From Octopus vulgaris (taxonomy: Eukaryota): DNA of 64,000 nucleotides. Below, in pieces: positions 52,975 through 64,000 of the stretch. The position numbers and the translations under genes are program-made. Positions within the stretch are counted from its first letter, which is position 1, and every line of letters begins with the position of its first letter. The DNA is taken from assembly GCA_951406725.2 (NCBI GenBank), contig OX597819.1:56854001-56918000 (forward strand), read 5' to 3'. Below the pieces are notes generated by a model. That model saw nothing but the letters and a program-made list of their open reading frames with translations. It made no database searches and was not told where the DNA came from.

Positions 52975-53773
52975 CTGTAATTTCAAGAGTATTCTTGATG
53001 ACGAAATCAATGTTCGAATATATGTAAGGCTACAAGTGTTTTTGGAAGACTTGCCCATCGTTTGTGGGATGAACAAGATATCACTCTGAAGACTAAAATT
53101 AGTGTATACAAATCTATTATTTTGAGTACGCCTTTTTATGCGACCGAAGCATGGACTCCCAACTACAGACATATAAAAAAAATCGTGAAAACTTTGACAT
53201 GTGCTGTTTGCACAGCATATGCAAAATAAAATGGCAAGCTAAGATATCCAATGCCAAAATGTTAGAAAAATATATCTTCAGTATTCAAAGGATGCTGATG
53301 AGAATTCAGTGCAGATGGGTAGGACATGTTGCTCGAATGAAAAATGACCGTATTCGGAACATTCTTCTGTATGTCCAATAAGTGGAGAGATATCGTGGCA
53401 GAGGAAGACCTGTCCTTAGGTATAAGGATAAGTTGAAACAATCACTAAATTCTCTACAGCTTAACTTGACATCTTGCCTAGATCGATATGTGACACGATA
53501 CGTCCAAACAATTTGTGTTGAAGATAAAGAACAATAGAAGAACTATATTCCACAGCCAACAGACAAATTTGCCCTATCCCAGGAAAAATCAAACTCATCA
53601 GTATTCCCATTGCGACTTCATAGCTAAATCAATACCTGGAAACAAATTACATTCTCGCATCCATCTCAAATAGATGCAGCTTCCGAGTGATTTTTCCTGT
53701 TACTTACTTGAACTTTAAGTCCTCGCCCCTAAAAAAACACTCATACGTCGAAATCGACGGGAGAGTCCATCAT
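52975..53773 (+). mobile_element. RTE (BovB-like) LINE 3' fragment
   Basis: DDEINVRICKATSVFGRL..RLW...TKISVYKS...EAW, then IKWQAKISN, RWVGHVARMKNDR and GRPVLRYKD. Confidence 0.9.
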
Positions 53774-53777
53774 TTAA

Positions 53778-54330
53778 ATATTTACAGCATCCTACCCAAC
53801 ATATAGAAAACGCAATATCCCATATGGCCTAGTCAGGAATATTTGTACCATCATTGATGACGGAGATACAAGAGGCAACCGTTTCACAAAACGTAAAGGA
53901 TTTCTGCTCTAACAAAAACATCCATCCCTATTTGTAGAAAATGGTACAGAGCCTGCTTAACAAATATATGTTAGAACAATCCAAGAAATAGGAACACAAA
54001 AGCAGGAGATCATATCATTTATAGAAAGAGACATGCCACGTTACTAAAATATGGTTACAATGCAAATTCAAACATTGAGCAAAATAACGAACTAAAAGAT
54101 ATAATTTCTGAGGGAATATTGATTCAAAGTAAAAGACAACCAAAAAATTTGGAGCAATTATTGACAAAACCAAATTTTACCCCGTACAGCTATGATAAAA
54201 CATTAATAGTAACCGAAATACAATGACAATCGATGCGCTACATGTCAGTTCATGCATACCGGTCGGTATATTAATACTAAAACAGAAAGCCTATTTACAA
54301 ATGGAAATATGAACTGTAAAAGGAAAGATG
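53778..54330 (+). mobile_element. Penelope-like element thumb/linker fragment
   Basis: HP...RNIPYGLVRNICTI, LIQSKRQPKNLEQLLTK and RCATCQFM...MNCK form the Cys-containing linker preceding GIY-YIG. Confidence 0.8.
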
Positions 54331-54372
<42 letters not shown>

Positions 54373-54459
54373 ATACTAATACTACTACAAAATGACTTAT
54401 CTGGAGCGTTTGAAAACAAGTCCGATGTACTCTGCAGCAAACAATAAAAATAAAAATAA

Positions 54460-54493
<34 letters not shown>

Positions 54494-54957
54494 GTAGTAG
54501 TAGTAGTAATAATAATATTAATAATAATAATAATCACTTCTCCTATAGGCACAAGGCCTGGAAGTTGTATGATGAGGGGGATAGTTGGCCACATCGACTC
54601 CAGTACTTGACTGCTACTTAATTCATCAAATCTGAAAGGATGAAAGGTAAAGTTTACCTCAGTGCAATTTGAACTCAGAATATGAAGACGGGCGGAATGA
54701 CGTAATGCTTGTTGCCCGGCGTGCTAACGATTCTGCCAGGTCGCTGCCTTTAATAATAATAATAATAAAACTAATGGTTCAAAATTTTGACACAAGGCCT
54801 CCAATTTCAGTGGAGATTAATTCGACTACAATTAACCCAGTATACAAGGGATACATACTATATCGACTCCGAAAGGATGAAAATCGATTTCGGCGGAATT
54901 TGGACTCAGAACGCAAAGACGAATGAAATGCCGCTCAAAATTTCGACCGGCGTTGTG

Positions 54958-55085
54958 ATGCAGCTTAATATCACTTGGAAAGAGACTGGCGATGTTAATC
55001 AGGACCGAGATTGTTGGAGCCATCTTGCTGCCCAATGCATCGGCCAATTGTACTTAAGGAGCTGTGAATGAGGCTGAGGCCTAGT
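54958..55085 (+). mobile_element. RTE LINE extreme 3' fragment
   Basis: LNITWKETGDVNQDRDCWSHLAAQC (cf. AxDRxxWRxxV). Confidence 0.55.
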
Positions 55086-55212
55086 GATTCTATGGATATT
55101 TGTCCTTATTCTCTGCATGTCAAGTGGACAAATATAGGCTTCTCTAATGGCTCGAAAATCCTCTTACTTCAACGAAATATATATTTCGATGGAAGCGTAT
55201 TCAGCACATGAT

Positions 55213-55365
55213 GGCGTAGGAGTGGCTGTGTGGTAAGTAGCTTGCTTACCAACCACATGGTTCTGGGTTCCGCGTGGCACCTTGGGCAAGTGTCTTCTAT
55301 AGCCTCGGGCCGACCTAAGTCTTGTGAGTGGATTTGGTAGACGGAAACTGAAGGAAGCCCGTTTT

Positions 55366-55440
<75 letters not shown>

Positions 55441-55637
55441 TGTATGTGTCTGTGTTTGTGTGTCTGTGTTTGTCCCCCAGCATCGCTTGACAACCGATGC
55501 TGGTGTGTTTACGTCCTCATAACTTAGTGGTTCGGCGAAAGAGACAGACAGAATAAGTACTAGGTTTAGAAAGAATAAGTCCTGGGGGCGATATGCTCGA
55601 CTAAAGGCGGTGCTTCTGTCAAATGACTGAAACATGA
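55213..55637 (+). mobile_element. SINE family A, near full length
   Basis: Colinear with 19441-19860. Confidence 0.9.
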
Positions 55638-55679
55638 AATCCTTCCTTTACAGAGACTGTGAAAAAAAAGGAAACCCCC

Positions 55680-56140
55680 AACACGACATCATATTTGGAA
55701 TTTGAAAGAAAATTAAATTTGCTCAGCGATTAGATATTTATATAGGAAAATGAACCATTGTAAGAATCTCTAAATTTACTTCAATCGACACTCTATCCAC
55801 TTACATGACGAATACACACTTTAGACAATATAGTCTTCCATACCTCTAAAAAGAAGAACGTCATTCATCATAAATATGCTCGATAACTGTTGACATGAGG
55901 TTAAAAATCAGCAAAACGAATGTTGCGACTGTCATCACCAACGGCTGTGAAAAATATTTATTATGCATTACATAGACTTATAACAAGATTATGTACGAGT
56001 TCGATAAGATGTAAGCGTTAAGGATGGTGACCAAATATGTATATCAAAACAAGGTTGATAAATAATTTCTTATATAGATAAACATGATACTACACGATGA
56101 CTGCGTGATATCAACGCTACTGCGCATGAGAACAATCTAA
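55680..56140 (+). mobile_element. Possible decayed PLE endonuclease C-terminus with degenerate HHR
   Basis: HIWNLKEN resembles the LSxYIWxLK motif of some PLE GIY-YIG domains. ACGATGAC-TGCGT...GCGCA-TGAGAAC occurs at ~56094-56133. Confidence 0.3.
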
Positions 56141-56445
56141 ACCGACTGACAAAAATAAATTTTCATTCGCATCCCAATTCTATAACATACGAAATGTTGT
56201 TCATTAAGAAATCACAAAACAAAAATTCCAGTATTAACATCAAACATTAATATTAATCTTGACATCGCTGGAAACACGGAGATGGGTACGAGATGTCGCC
56301 AACGGTGCAAACAAGATGAAATACGTAAACAAACGAGTTAAATAAGTAAACAACGAGAGAAAAAGAAAATGGAAAATAGGACACGTTAACACATAGAAAG
56401 GACCATTTATCAGTTGTCGGCTGTCTATCTACTCCTCATTCCGTG

Positions 56446-56476
<31 letters not shown>

Positions 56477-56492
56477 CTTCATCTCTTTCTAT

Positions 56493-56562
<70 letters not shown>

Positions 56563-57022
56563 GATTGGCCACAGCAAATATTCTGCTCAATACCACAGAT
56601 TTGCTTGTCAGTTGTTTGACCTTAACCAGTTGACCATGTCCCTTAGTAGCTGGCGATATGTGCATCTCTGATCACAAGCAGAAGGAGTGAGGGAGCATCA
56701 TAGCCATGTGTTGAGAGGATTTATTTGGGGTTTGAATAATTCACATCTGGAAACATGGGTGTTTCGTTTAACATCCTTAAACAACCCTTATTCAGGGACC
56801 TTTTGAGCGGGATGGGTTACTCGACCAGAGGAACATTCTAACTGGGCCCCACTGCAAGGTCATGTGCTGTTTATCTTGATATGAGATCACCATGTCGCGC
56901 ACATATGGTTGTTATGTATGTGCCTGGTGTACCCTTATCAGACGGGTACTCATGATGGGTATACTGGGCTTCGTATATTTTACCCCAGTGTCACTTTGAT
57001 GGCATGCACTGCTCTCTCACGC
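56563..57022 (+). mobile_element. ~460-bp non-coding element embedded in (TAA)n
   Basis: Reverse complement of 50184-50642; ends CTCTCTCACGC then (AAT)n. Confidence 0.88.
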
Positions 57023-57093
<71 letters not shown>

Positions 57094-57099
57094 TAATAA

Positions 57100-57417
<318 letters not shown>

Positions 57418-57429
57418 TATGATAATAGT

Positions 57430-59457
57430 AATTGGCCCTTTTCGTCTATGCAGACGGTCAATTTAGCTTAGAGGTCACTTAATCGAACATATCAGGGTAT
57501 CCCTTTCTTGCAGCTTCTTTCACGGCTGATTCTTCCTATGATTGAATCACTGCTTCTGTTACAGTACTTGCACACCAAGAGGGTGGCTGAGCGCTCTACA
57601 TTTCTGTTATATTCTTTTTGCCGCTGACGCTTCTTAACTTGTTTATTTCTGTAGCTCCTTCCTGAGTGACCCATCAGTTCTCCAACAAAGGTAGTCATCT
57701 CCCGGCAACTCTTGAAATGCATACTGCAACAATACAGCAAAGTAAATGCTGAAGAGGATTGGTACTAAGACACAACCTTGTTTTACTCCGCTGTTGATGT
57801 TGAAGCTATCTGATATTAAACTGTCAAACCTCATGATGGCCTTCATGTCAGCAGGAACGAAACAATGAGCTGCAGTAGTATTGGGGGACAGCCACGGTTT
57901 TCAAGCACCATATACAGTCCTGAACTGCTGTATAAAATGCCTTTCTCAGATCGACAAATGCTATATATGGTGGTAATTGCTGCTCCGGGCATTTTTCTTG
58001 TAGTTGACGAATGGAGAATATCATATCCATTGTTGAGCAGTTAGATCTATAACCGCACTGGCTCTCTGGTAGTACTCTTTCTGCTAGCTTCTGAAATCGA
58101 TTCAGAATGATCCTCGCAAAGGCTTTTCCAGTGATGCTCAGAAACGAGATGCCTCTGTAGTTATTGCAATCTATGTTGTCCTCTTTACTTTTGTAGAGTG
58201 ATAATCTTGGGATCTCTCATATCCTGTGGAATTTTTACTTCCAACCAACACGTCTTTAGTAACTTGTATAAATGTGGAAGGAGGACTTCTTTGTTCTCTT
58301 TCAACACTTCAGCAGCTATATTGTCATTTCCGCTTGCAAGTTCATCGATTGTATTGGAAAGTTCTTCCGTTGGCGGTATATCAAGTTCTGTCGTTTCAGG
58401 GAGCTGGGGAATGGCCTCATCAAGCTGTCTATCAACATCTCGCTCCTTTGTGTACAACTGAGAGTAATGCTTCACCCATCATTCCATTTGTTTCTTCTTG
58501 TCCGACAGCTGCTCATCAGTTGCAGATATGAGTAGTGCCACTTTACTCACTGTTGGTCCGATAGTAACTCTAATATTCTCATACAGTTTCCTGTTGTTAC
58601 TCATGTCACTCAGCTGTTGAATTTCTAAGCATAATTTATACCAGTACTGGTTGGCACATATTCTAGTTGCTTTTTGAATGTTGGCTTTTGCATCACGTAG
58701 CTGTTGCTTTGTTTGTACTTTCTGTTGGCTTTCTATTGAGCTTCATGAAGATCTTGCGTTTTTCTCAAGTAATGGATTTAGAATTGATGCATTGGCTCCG
58801 ATCCAGTACTCCTTGGAAAGTCGAGCCGTTTCAAAGGTCCTCGACGCAGAATCATATATCGCTGATTTCATCTTGTTACAAATGTCATCAGGGGATTAGC
58901 TAAGTTCTGGAGCTGTCCTTCAACATAATCTTGAAATTTGGTTCTCATCGCTGGATCTTGGGTGTTTTCCTGTGTCGATCTTAGGTTTCTTTTGTTTTTC
59001 GGCTATTAGTATTTTCTTTGTGACAATCTTTACCTTGGCTATAACCAACAGATAATCTGTGTTACAGTCTGCACTGTGGAAGGATTTTGTTTGCTTCACA
59101 GTGTTGACATCATCCTTTCTGATGATGACGAAGTGCCAATGACCTGATCTTTAATGGCACCAAGAAACTTTATGCTGGTCTTTGCCATTGTAAAAGGTGC
59201 TTGAAATTCACAGGCTGTTATTTGTGCAGAATTCTAATAGTATCTGGCCATTCTCATTGATTTTCCCCAGTCCAAACTGTCCAAAGCAGTTGGGCCATGA
59301 TTGGTGAGCAGCACCTACTCTTGCATTGAAATCGCCTATGAAAAAGAGTTGGTGTGCCTATGGGACACTGTTGATCACATTCTGAAGTTCCTCATAGAAC
59401 TGATCATTCTTCTCATTTTCTGCTGTTAGAATCAGGGCATAGGCACTAATGAGATAG
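57430..59457 (-). mobile_element. RTE (BovB-like) LINE, APE endonuclease + RT pseudogene with internal deletion
   Basis: LISAYA...FYEEL...IGDFNARVG...NENGQILLEFC, IPQDMRDPKIITL, DMIFSIRQLQEKC.EQ...AFVDLRKAF and GVKQGCVLVPILF. It then jumps directly to the C-terminal CKYC knuckle. Confidence 0.95.
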
Positions 59458-59504
59458 CCCCCCCCCATATATATATATATATACATGTGTGTATGTATGC
59501 GTGA

Positions 59505-59552
<48 letters not shown>

Positions 59553-60033
59553 TCATATATAGACGTATATCTATATATGTGTACATATATTATATATATA
59601 CTACTAAATAGACAAAACCGCCGTGTGTACAAGCAAGAAAAAACTTCATACATATATAAGGAAAGAATATTTAATATGCGGATGAATATGCAGAATGGTT
59701 GAAAGATTTCTTTTTTACAGAATTTTAAAACAATTATATTTTATGTTTCATCACGCCATTGGCCTCCGGACGTAGGGGATGCTATTGAATGTTCAGAAGT
59801 AATAATTAATGCTTTTTCGTTATGTTGCCCAATATATTATTTGTATTCTTCAGAAAACATAGAAATAAGGGCTTGTATCGGTCAGGTTGTTTTTATCTAA
59901 AGGGCCTGAGAACTGTTCATTAATCCACTCAAAATTCATTAAAGTGAAACCTTAAATATCTACTTCTGAGATTATCAGATTTTATGGTCTGCTCCTGTAT
60001 TCCTCCATCTTTTTCACGAACAGATATACTATG

Positions 60034-60118
<85 letters not shown>

Positions 60119-60175
60119 TATATATATATACATGAATAATTATATACGCACATATGTACATATATATATATAATT

Positions 60176-60256
<81 letters not shown>

Positions 60257-60836
60257 ATACACGTATAGGTATATATACATACACGGTCATATATATATGT
60301 ACATAATTATTAAAAATAATGACCTAGCAAGCATCGCTTTGATTTGCAGCGATCTGTATTCATTTCAACTATTACACCCTTAGGCTTTGTATTTCATGAA
60401 CATACGATTAAGCACATCACGTGTTTTTGCACACTTATTCGCGTAAATCCTTGGTAACGATGACAATAATGCCTGGATAGTTACTTGATGTTTGTCTTCT
60501 GTCGTACATGAAAGTGATGACTTATAAGTTCTGAAGTGGTTTAGAAATATTCTTAGCGGAGAAAAAAAAAACGTAAGAGAATACACATATTTAGTAGCAT
60601 TGCAACTACACTTGCTGTAATTAGTGTTTCATAACAGTTATAAAATGAATGCTTCATGAACATTAAGACTGCACTTACAATAAGAGAAAGACGTTTTGGA
60701 AATTGCCCTGCAAGTAAGCATCGATATATCTCTCACACGATGCTCTCTGTTGCTCTTTCTTTCTCTTAATACTGAACCATGTCGTCTCTTTTTCTTTCTT
60801 TCTCTTTCTCTCTTTCTATCTGTACATATATGTATA

Positions 60837-60921
<85 letters not shown>

Positions 60922-60927
60922 GTCTGT

Positions 60928-61006
<79 letters not shown>

Positions 61007-61058
61007 CATATATATGTATTTATATATACATACTTATAGGTATATATATATATATGTA

Positions 61059-61092
<34 letters not shown>

Positions 61093-61094
<2 letters not shown>

Positions 61095-61973
61095 CAAATC
61101 AAATGTGGACGTAATCTACCTTGATTTTGCAAAAGCTTTTGACAAGGTGGATCATGGTATGATATGCCACAAACTACGTGACATCGGCATAGCTGGTTGC
61201 ATGAAAGATAGGAGTCTGGCAGTAGTGGTTAATGGAGCCACCTCTATGAACACACAAATAGTGAGCGGTGTTCCACAGGGCACTGTCTTGGGACCACTGC
61301 TTTTTATAGTGGCCCTCTCGGATATGCCCTCAAATGCCCGGATAGTCACTCTGGCCAGCTATACAGACGATACGAATGTCTCGCAGAAAATACAGAACCC
61401 CAGCGATGTTGCACACCTGCAGCAGGAGTTGGACTCAGTCTACAGATGGGCTGAGGATAATAATATGCAGTTTAATGCTGAAAAATTCCAGGCTCTGCGC
61501 TACCAGCATCCAAAACCGAATATTAAACTTACAGGATACACCGGTCCACAGGGAATTTCAATCCCAGAGCCTAAGTCTGTGAGGGACCTGGGTATCGACA
61601 TGAGTGATGATACCTCTTTCCAAGTGCAGATTACCAGGATGGCGACAAAGTGCAGACGACTGGCTGGGTGGATCCTAAGAACATTCAGAACCAGAGATAA
61701 GGAAACCATGATGGTCCTCTGGCGGACATTCGTCCTCAGTCGCCTGGATTACTGCTCACAGCTATGGTCACCCACCAGTGTAAAATTAACAGTGGACCTT
61801 GAAGCAATCAAGAGTCCCAGATGAACCTACCTCACGGCAAGAGGTACAAATGAGAGTAGCTGTATCAAACTCCATTCTTCACCAAGTGCCACATATTAGA
61901 CGAGGTTCGTCATAATAACAGTGTAGCACCAAACGGCAGTGCATCAGCATGGCCGCGGCTCTGAGCTGAAACT

Positions 61974-61976
<3 letters not shown>
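61093..61976 (+). mobile_element. CR1-type LINE RT fragment and 3' UTR embedded in (TA)n
   Basis: ORF 61105-61824 contains DVIYLDFAKAFDKVDH, SGVPQGTVLGPLLF, YTDDT, WAEDNNMQFNAEK, RDLGI and SRLDYCSQLWSP. Internal deletions are present. The tail is GCATCAGCATGGCCGCGGCTCTGAGCTGAAACTA. Confidence 0.95.
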
Positions 61977-62055
<79 letters not shown>

Positions 62056-62306
62056 TATATGTATATATACGTTTATGTATATACGTATATACATATGTAT
62101 ATACGTATATACATATATATATGTATATACGTATATATATATATATACATATATATACATATGTATATACATACGTATATACGTATATACGTATGTATAT
62201 ACATATATATACATATGTATACGTATATATATACATATATATATACATATGTATATACGTATATACATATATATATGTATATACGTATATATATATATGT
62301 ATATAC

Positions 62307-62341
<35 letters not shown>

Positions 62342-62352
62342 TATGTATATAC

Positions 62353-62406
<54 letters not shown>

Positions 62407-62441
62407 TAGTGTGTATATATATATATGTATATGTATGTATT

Positions 62442-62493
<52 letters not shown>
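61977..62493. repeat. Compound (TA)n/(TATACG/TACA) microsatellite
   Basis: Directly visible. Similar compound tracts occur at 386-630, 21410-21570, 25052-25248, 42950-43505, 46240-46740, 47405-48020, 60040-60255 and 60835-61092. Confidence 0.97.
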
Positions 62494-62496
<3 letters not shown>

Positions 62497-63004
62497 TTTG
62501 CCGAAGGAACAAGCAAACCAAAACTTCGAAGTTACTAACACCCTACTACTTGTGAAAGTTTCTCAACTAAAATGTATTTAGTAGTAATTCGTCAGCTTAA
62601 TGCTACGCTGGTTTTATAAAGTGACATGAAAACATCCTTATATATAATGATCCGGCTTTGCCGAATTTTCCATCTTAACGAAGGAAGCCAGTTTTACCTT
62701 AACGTCTATATGCACCCTCTACTGGTAGCATATGCTTGTATTTATGCATATTCCATATGATAATTATGAACATTACATATATTATACAATTCTGAGCCTC
62801 CAGAAATAGCTGTCGGCTGAAAATACCATATTTCCTCCCCTTATTTCTCTGTATTTTTCTACTCCATGTAAATTTATTTATTTTATAAATATATAAATAG
62901 CTATATGCTTATACTCGAATACACATCTTCTTAATATGTTTAGTTTAGGTTTATATCTCTCTGTATATCCCTATATATATATTTACATATGTATTTCTTT
63001 TATT

Positions 63005-63279
63005 CCTTTACTTGTTTGACTCATTTGACTGGGGCTATGCCGGAGCTCCGCCTTACAGGTTTTTAGTCGAAGAAATAGTACACAGGAATAATTCTTTTTA
63101 ATCTTAGCACTTGCAATGACGTGGGGACAAACATACAATTTGCAAAGATAATCTGGAACTCGAATGAGGAAAGAAAACTCCGAATGACCGTCTTTGTTTC
63201 CCTTGTTTCGTCTATCTGGATGTTTTGTTGTCCCTTTTTTGTATCACCAGTCTGGATATTTTGCGTTCTTGTCCCATTT

Positions 63280-63348
<69 letters not shown>

Positions 63349-63397
63349 ATATATATATATACATATGTATATATATATATGTTTATATATATGTATG

Positions 63398-63429
<32 letters not shown>

Positions 63430-63573
63430 TATATATATACACGCCGAGCTACTTTCAGTTTACGTCTACCAAATCCACTAGTAGAAGGCACCAGTGAAAG
63501 GTGCCACGCAGTGTGACTGAAATGGGAAGCATATGTTTGTGAAGGAAGCTTTCTATCATACCCCCACGCCTGC
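63005..63573 (-). mobile_element. Diverged SINE family A interrupted by a copy of the 24195 repeat family
   Basis: Tail block at 63005-63075, head block at 63450-63573, and an insert at 63125-63280. Confidence 0.65.
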
Positions 63574-63653
63574 ATGTATATATCTATATTTTATGTATGA
63601 TGCACAAGCTTGTTTATCTGCATCACTCTATGTATGTGTGAGTGTCTGCCTGC

Positions 63654-63699
<46 letters not shown>

Positions 63700-64000
63700 G
63701 CACTAGCAAATTTATCCGTTTTTTGGCCCGTTTAAGTTGCTTTCGTTGTATATTTTCACAAATAATTGGATTACCGATAAGGTTTATGAGTAGCACGTCA
63801 ATCTATATTTCCGATTGCACTTTAATGGTCATAGAACATATATGTTTCCAAGCGATGCAATGTAGACCTACTGAAGTGTTTTGGAAGTAGATTACGGATA
63901 ATGACTGCAAAATATAGTTTATTATTTTTTTTACATGAAAGCGAAATTTCTTGTCAGAAACAGCCACATACATGGTGTAATGAAATTAAAGGAAGACTTT

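Noticed and set aside
56400-56445. Minus-strand GAAT...CTGATAA, a possible permuted hammerhead
   Set aside because: Both core halves are non-canonical and the stems are unconvincing.
61105-61824. 239-aa open RT ORF as an active or domesticated gene
   Set aside because: It is 5'-truncated at a TA tract, has internal deletions and a non-ATG start. It is best read as a young dead copy.
63700-63735. ACTAGC...CCCG, a possible Helitron 3' end on the minus strand
   Set aside because: The subterminal hairpin is too degenerate to support a call.

Overview
This is AT-rich, repeat-saturated eukaryotic DNA, intergenic or intronic, with no recognisable intact host gene. The SINE families and the density of (TA)n/(CA)n/(TACA)n/(TAA)n microsatellites suggest an octopus (cephalopod) genome; this is an inference. 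Nearly all ORFs in the supplied track are microsatellite read-through artefacts. The real coding signal comes from decayed transposons: a full-length mellifera-type mariner and a deleted sister copy, a cecropia-type mariner fragment, several Penelope-like (PLE) RT/GIY-YIG relics, RTE, CR1, L1/Tx1 and R4/Dong-like LINE fragments, a Helentron-type HINE, and four tRNA-derived SINE families. The most notable signal is a set of hammerhead-ribozyme (HHR) motifs. One at 31199-31281 is a complete, canonical type I HHR inside a ~590-bp non-coding element with a 358-bp direct-repeat period and an inverted copy that ends at the cleavage site (retrozyme- or pLTR-like). Four more divergent HHR motifs also occur. 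Other observations are near-perfect foldbacks, LINE families partitioned by microsatellite type, shared SINE-LINE tails, and a perfect ERE-type palindrome in unique sequence. Boundaries were read by eye and are approximate unless exact motif positions are given.
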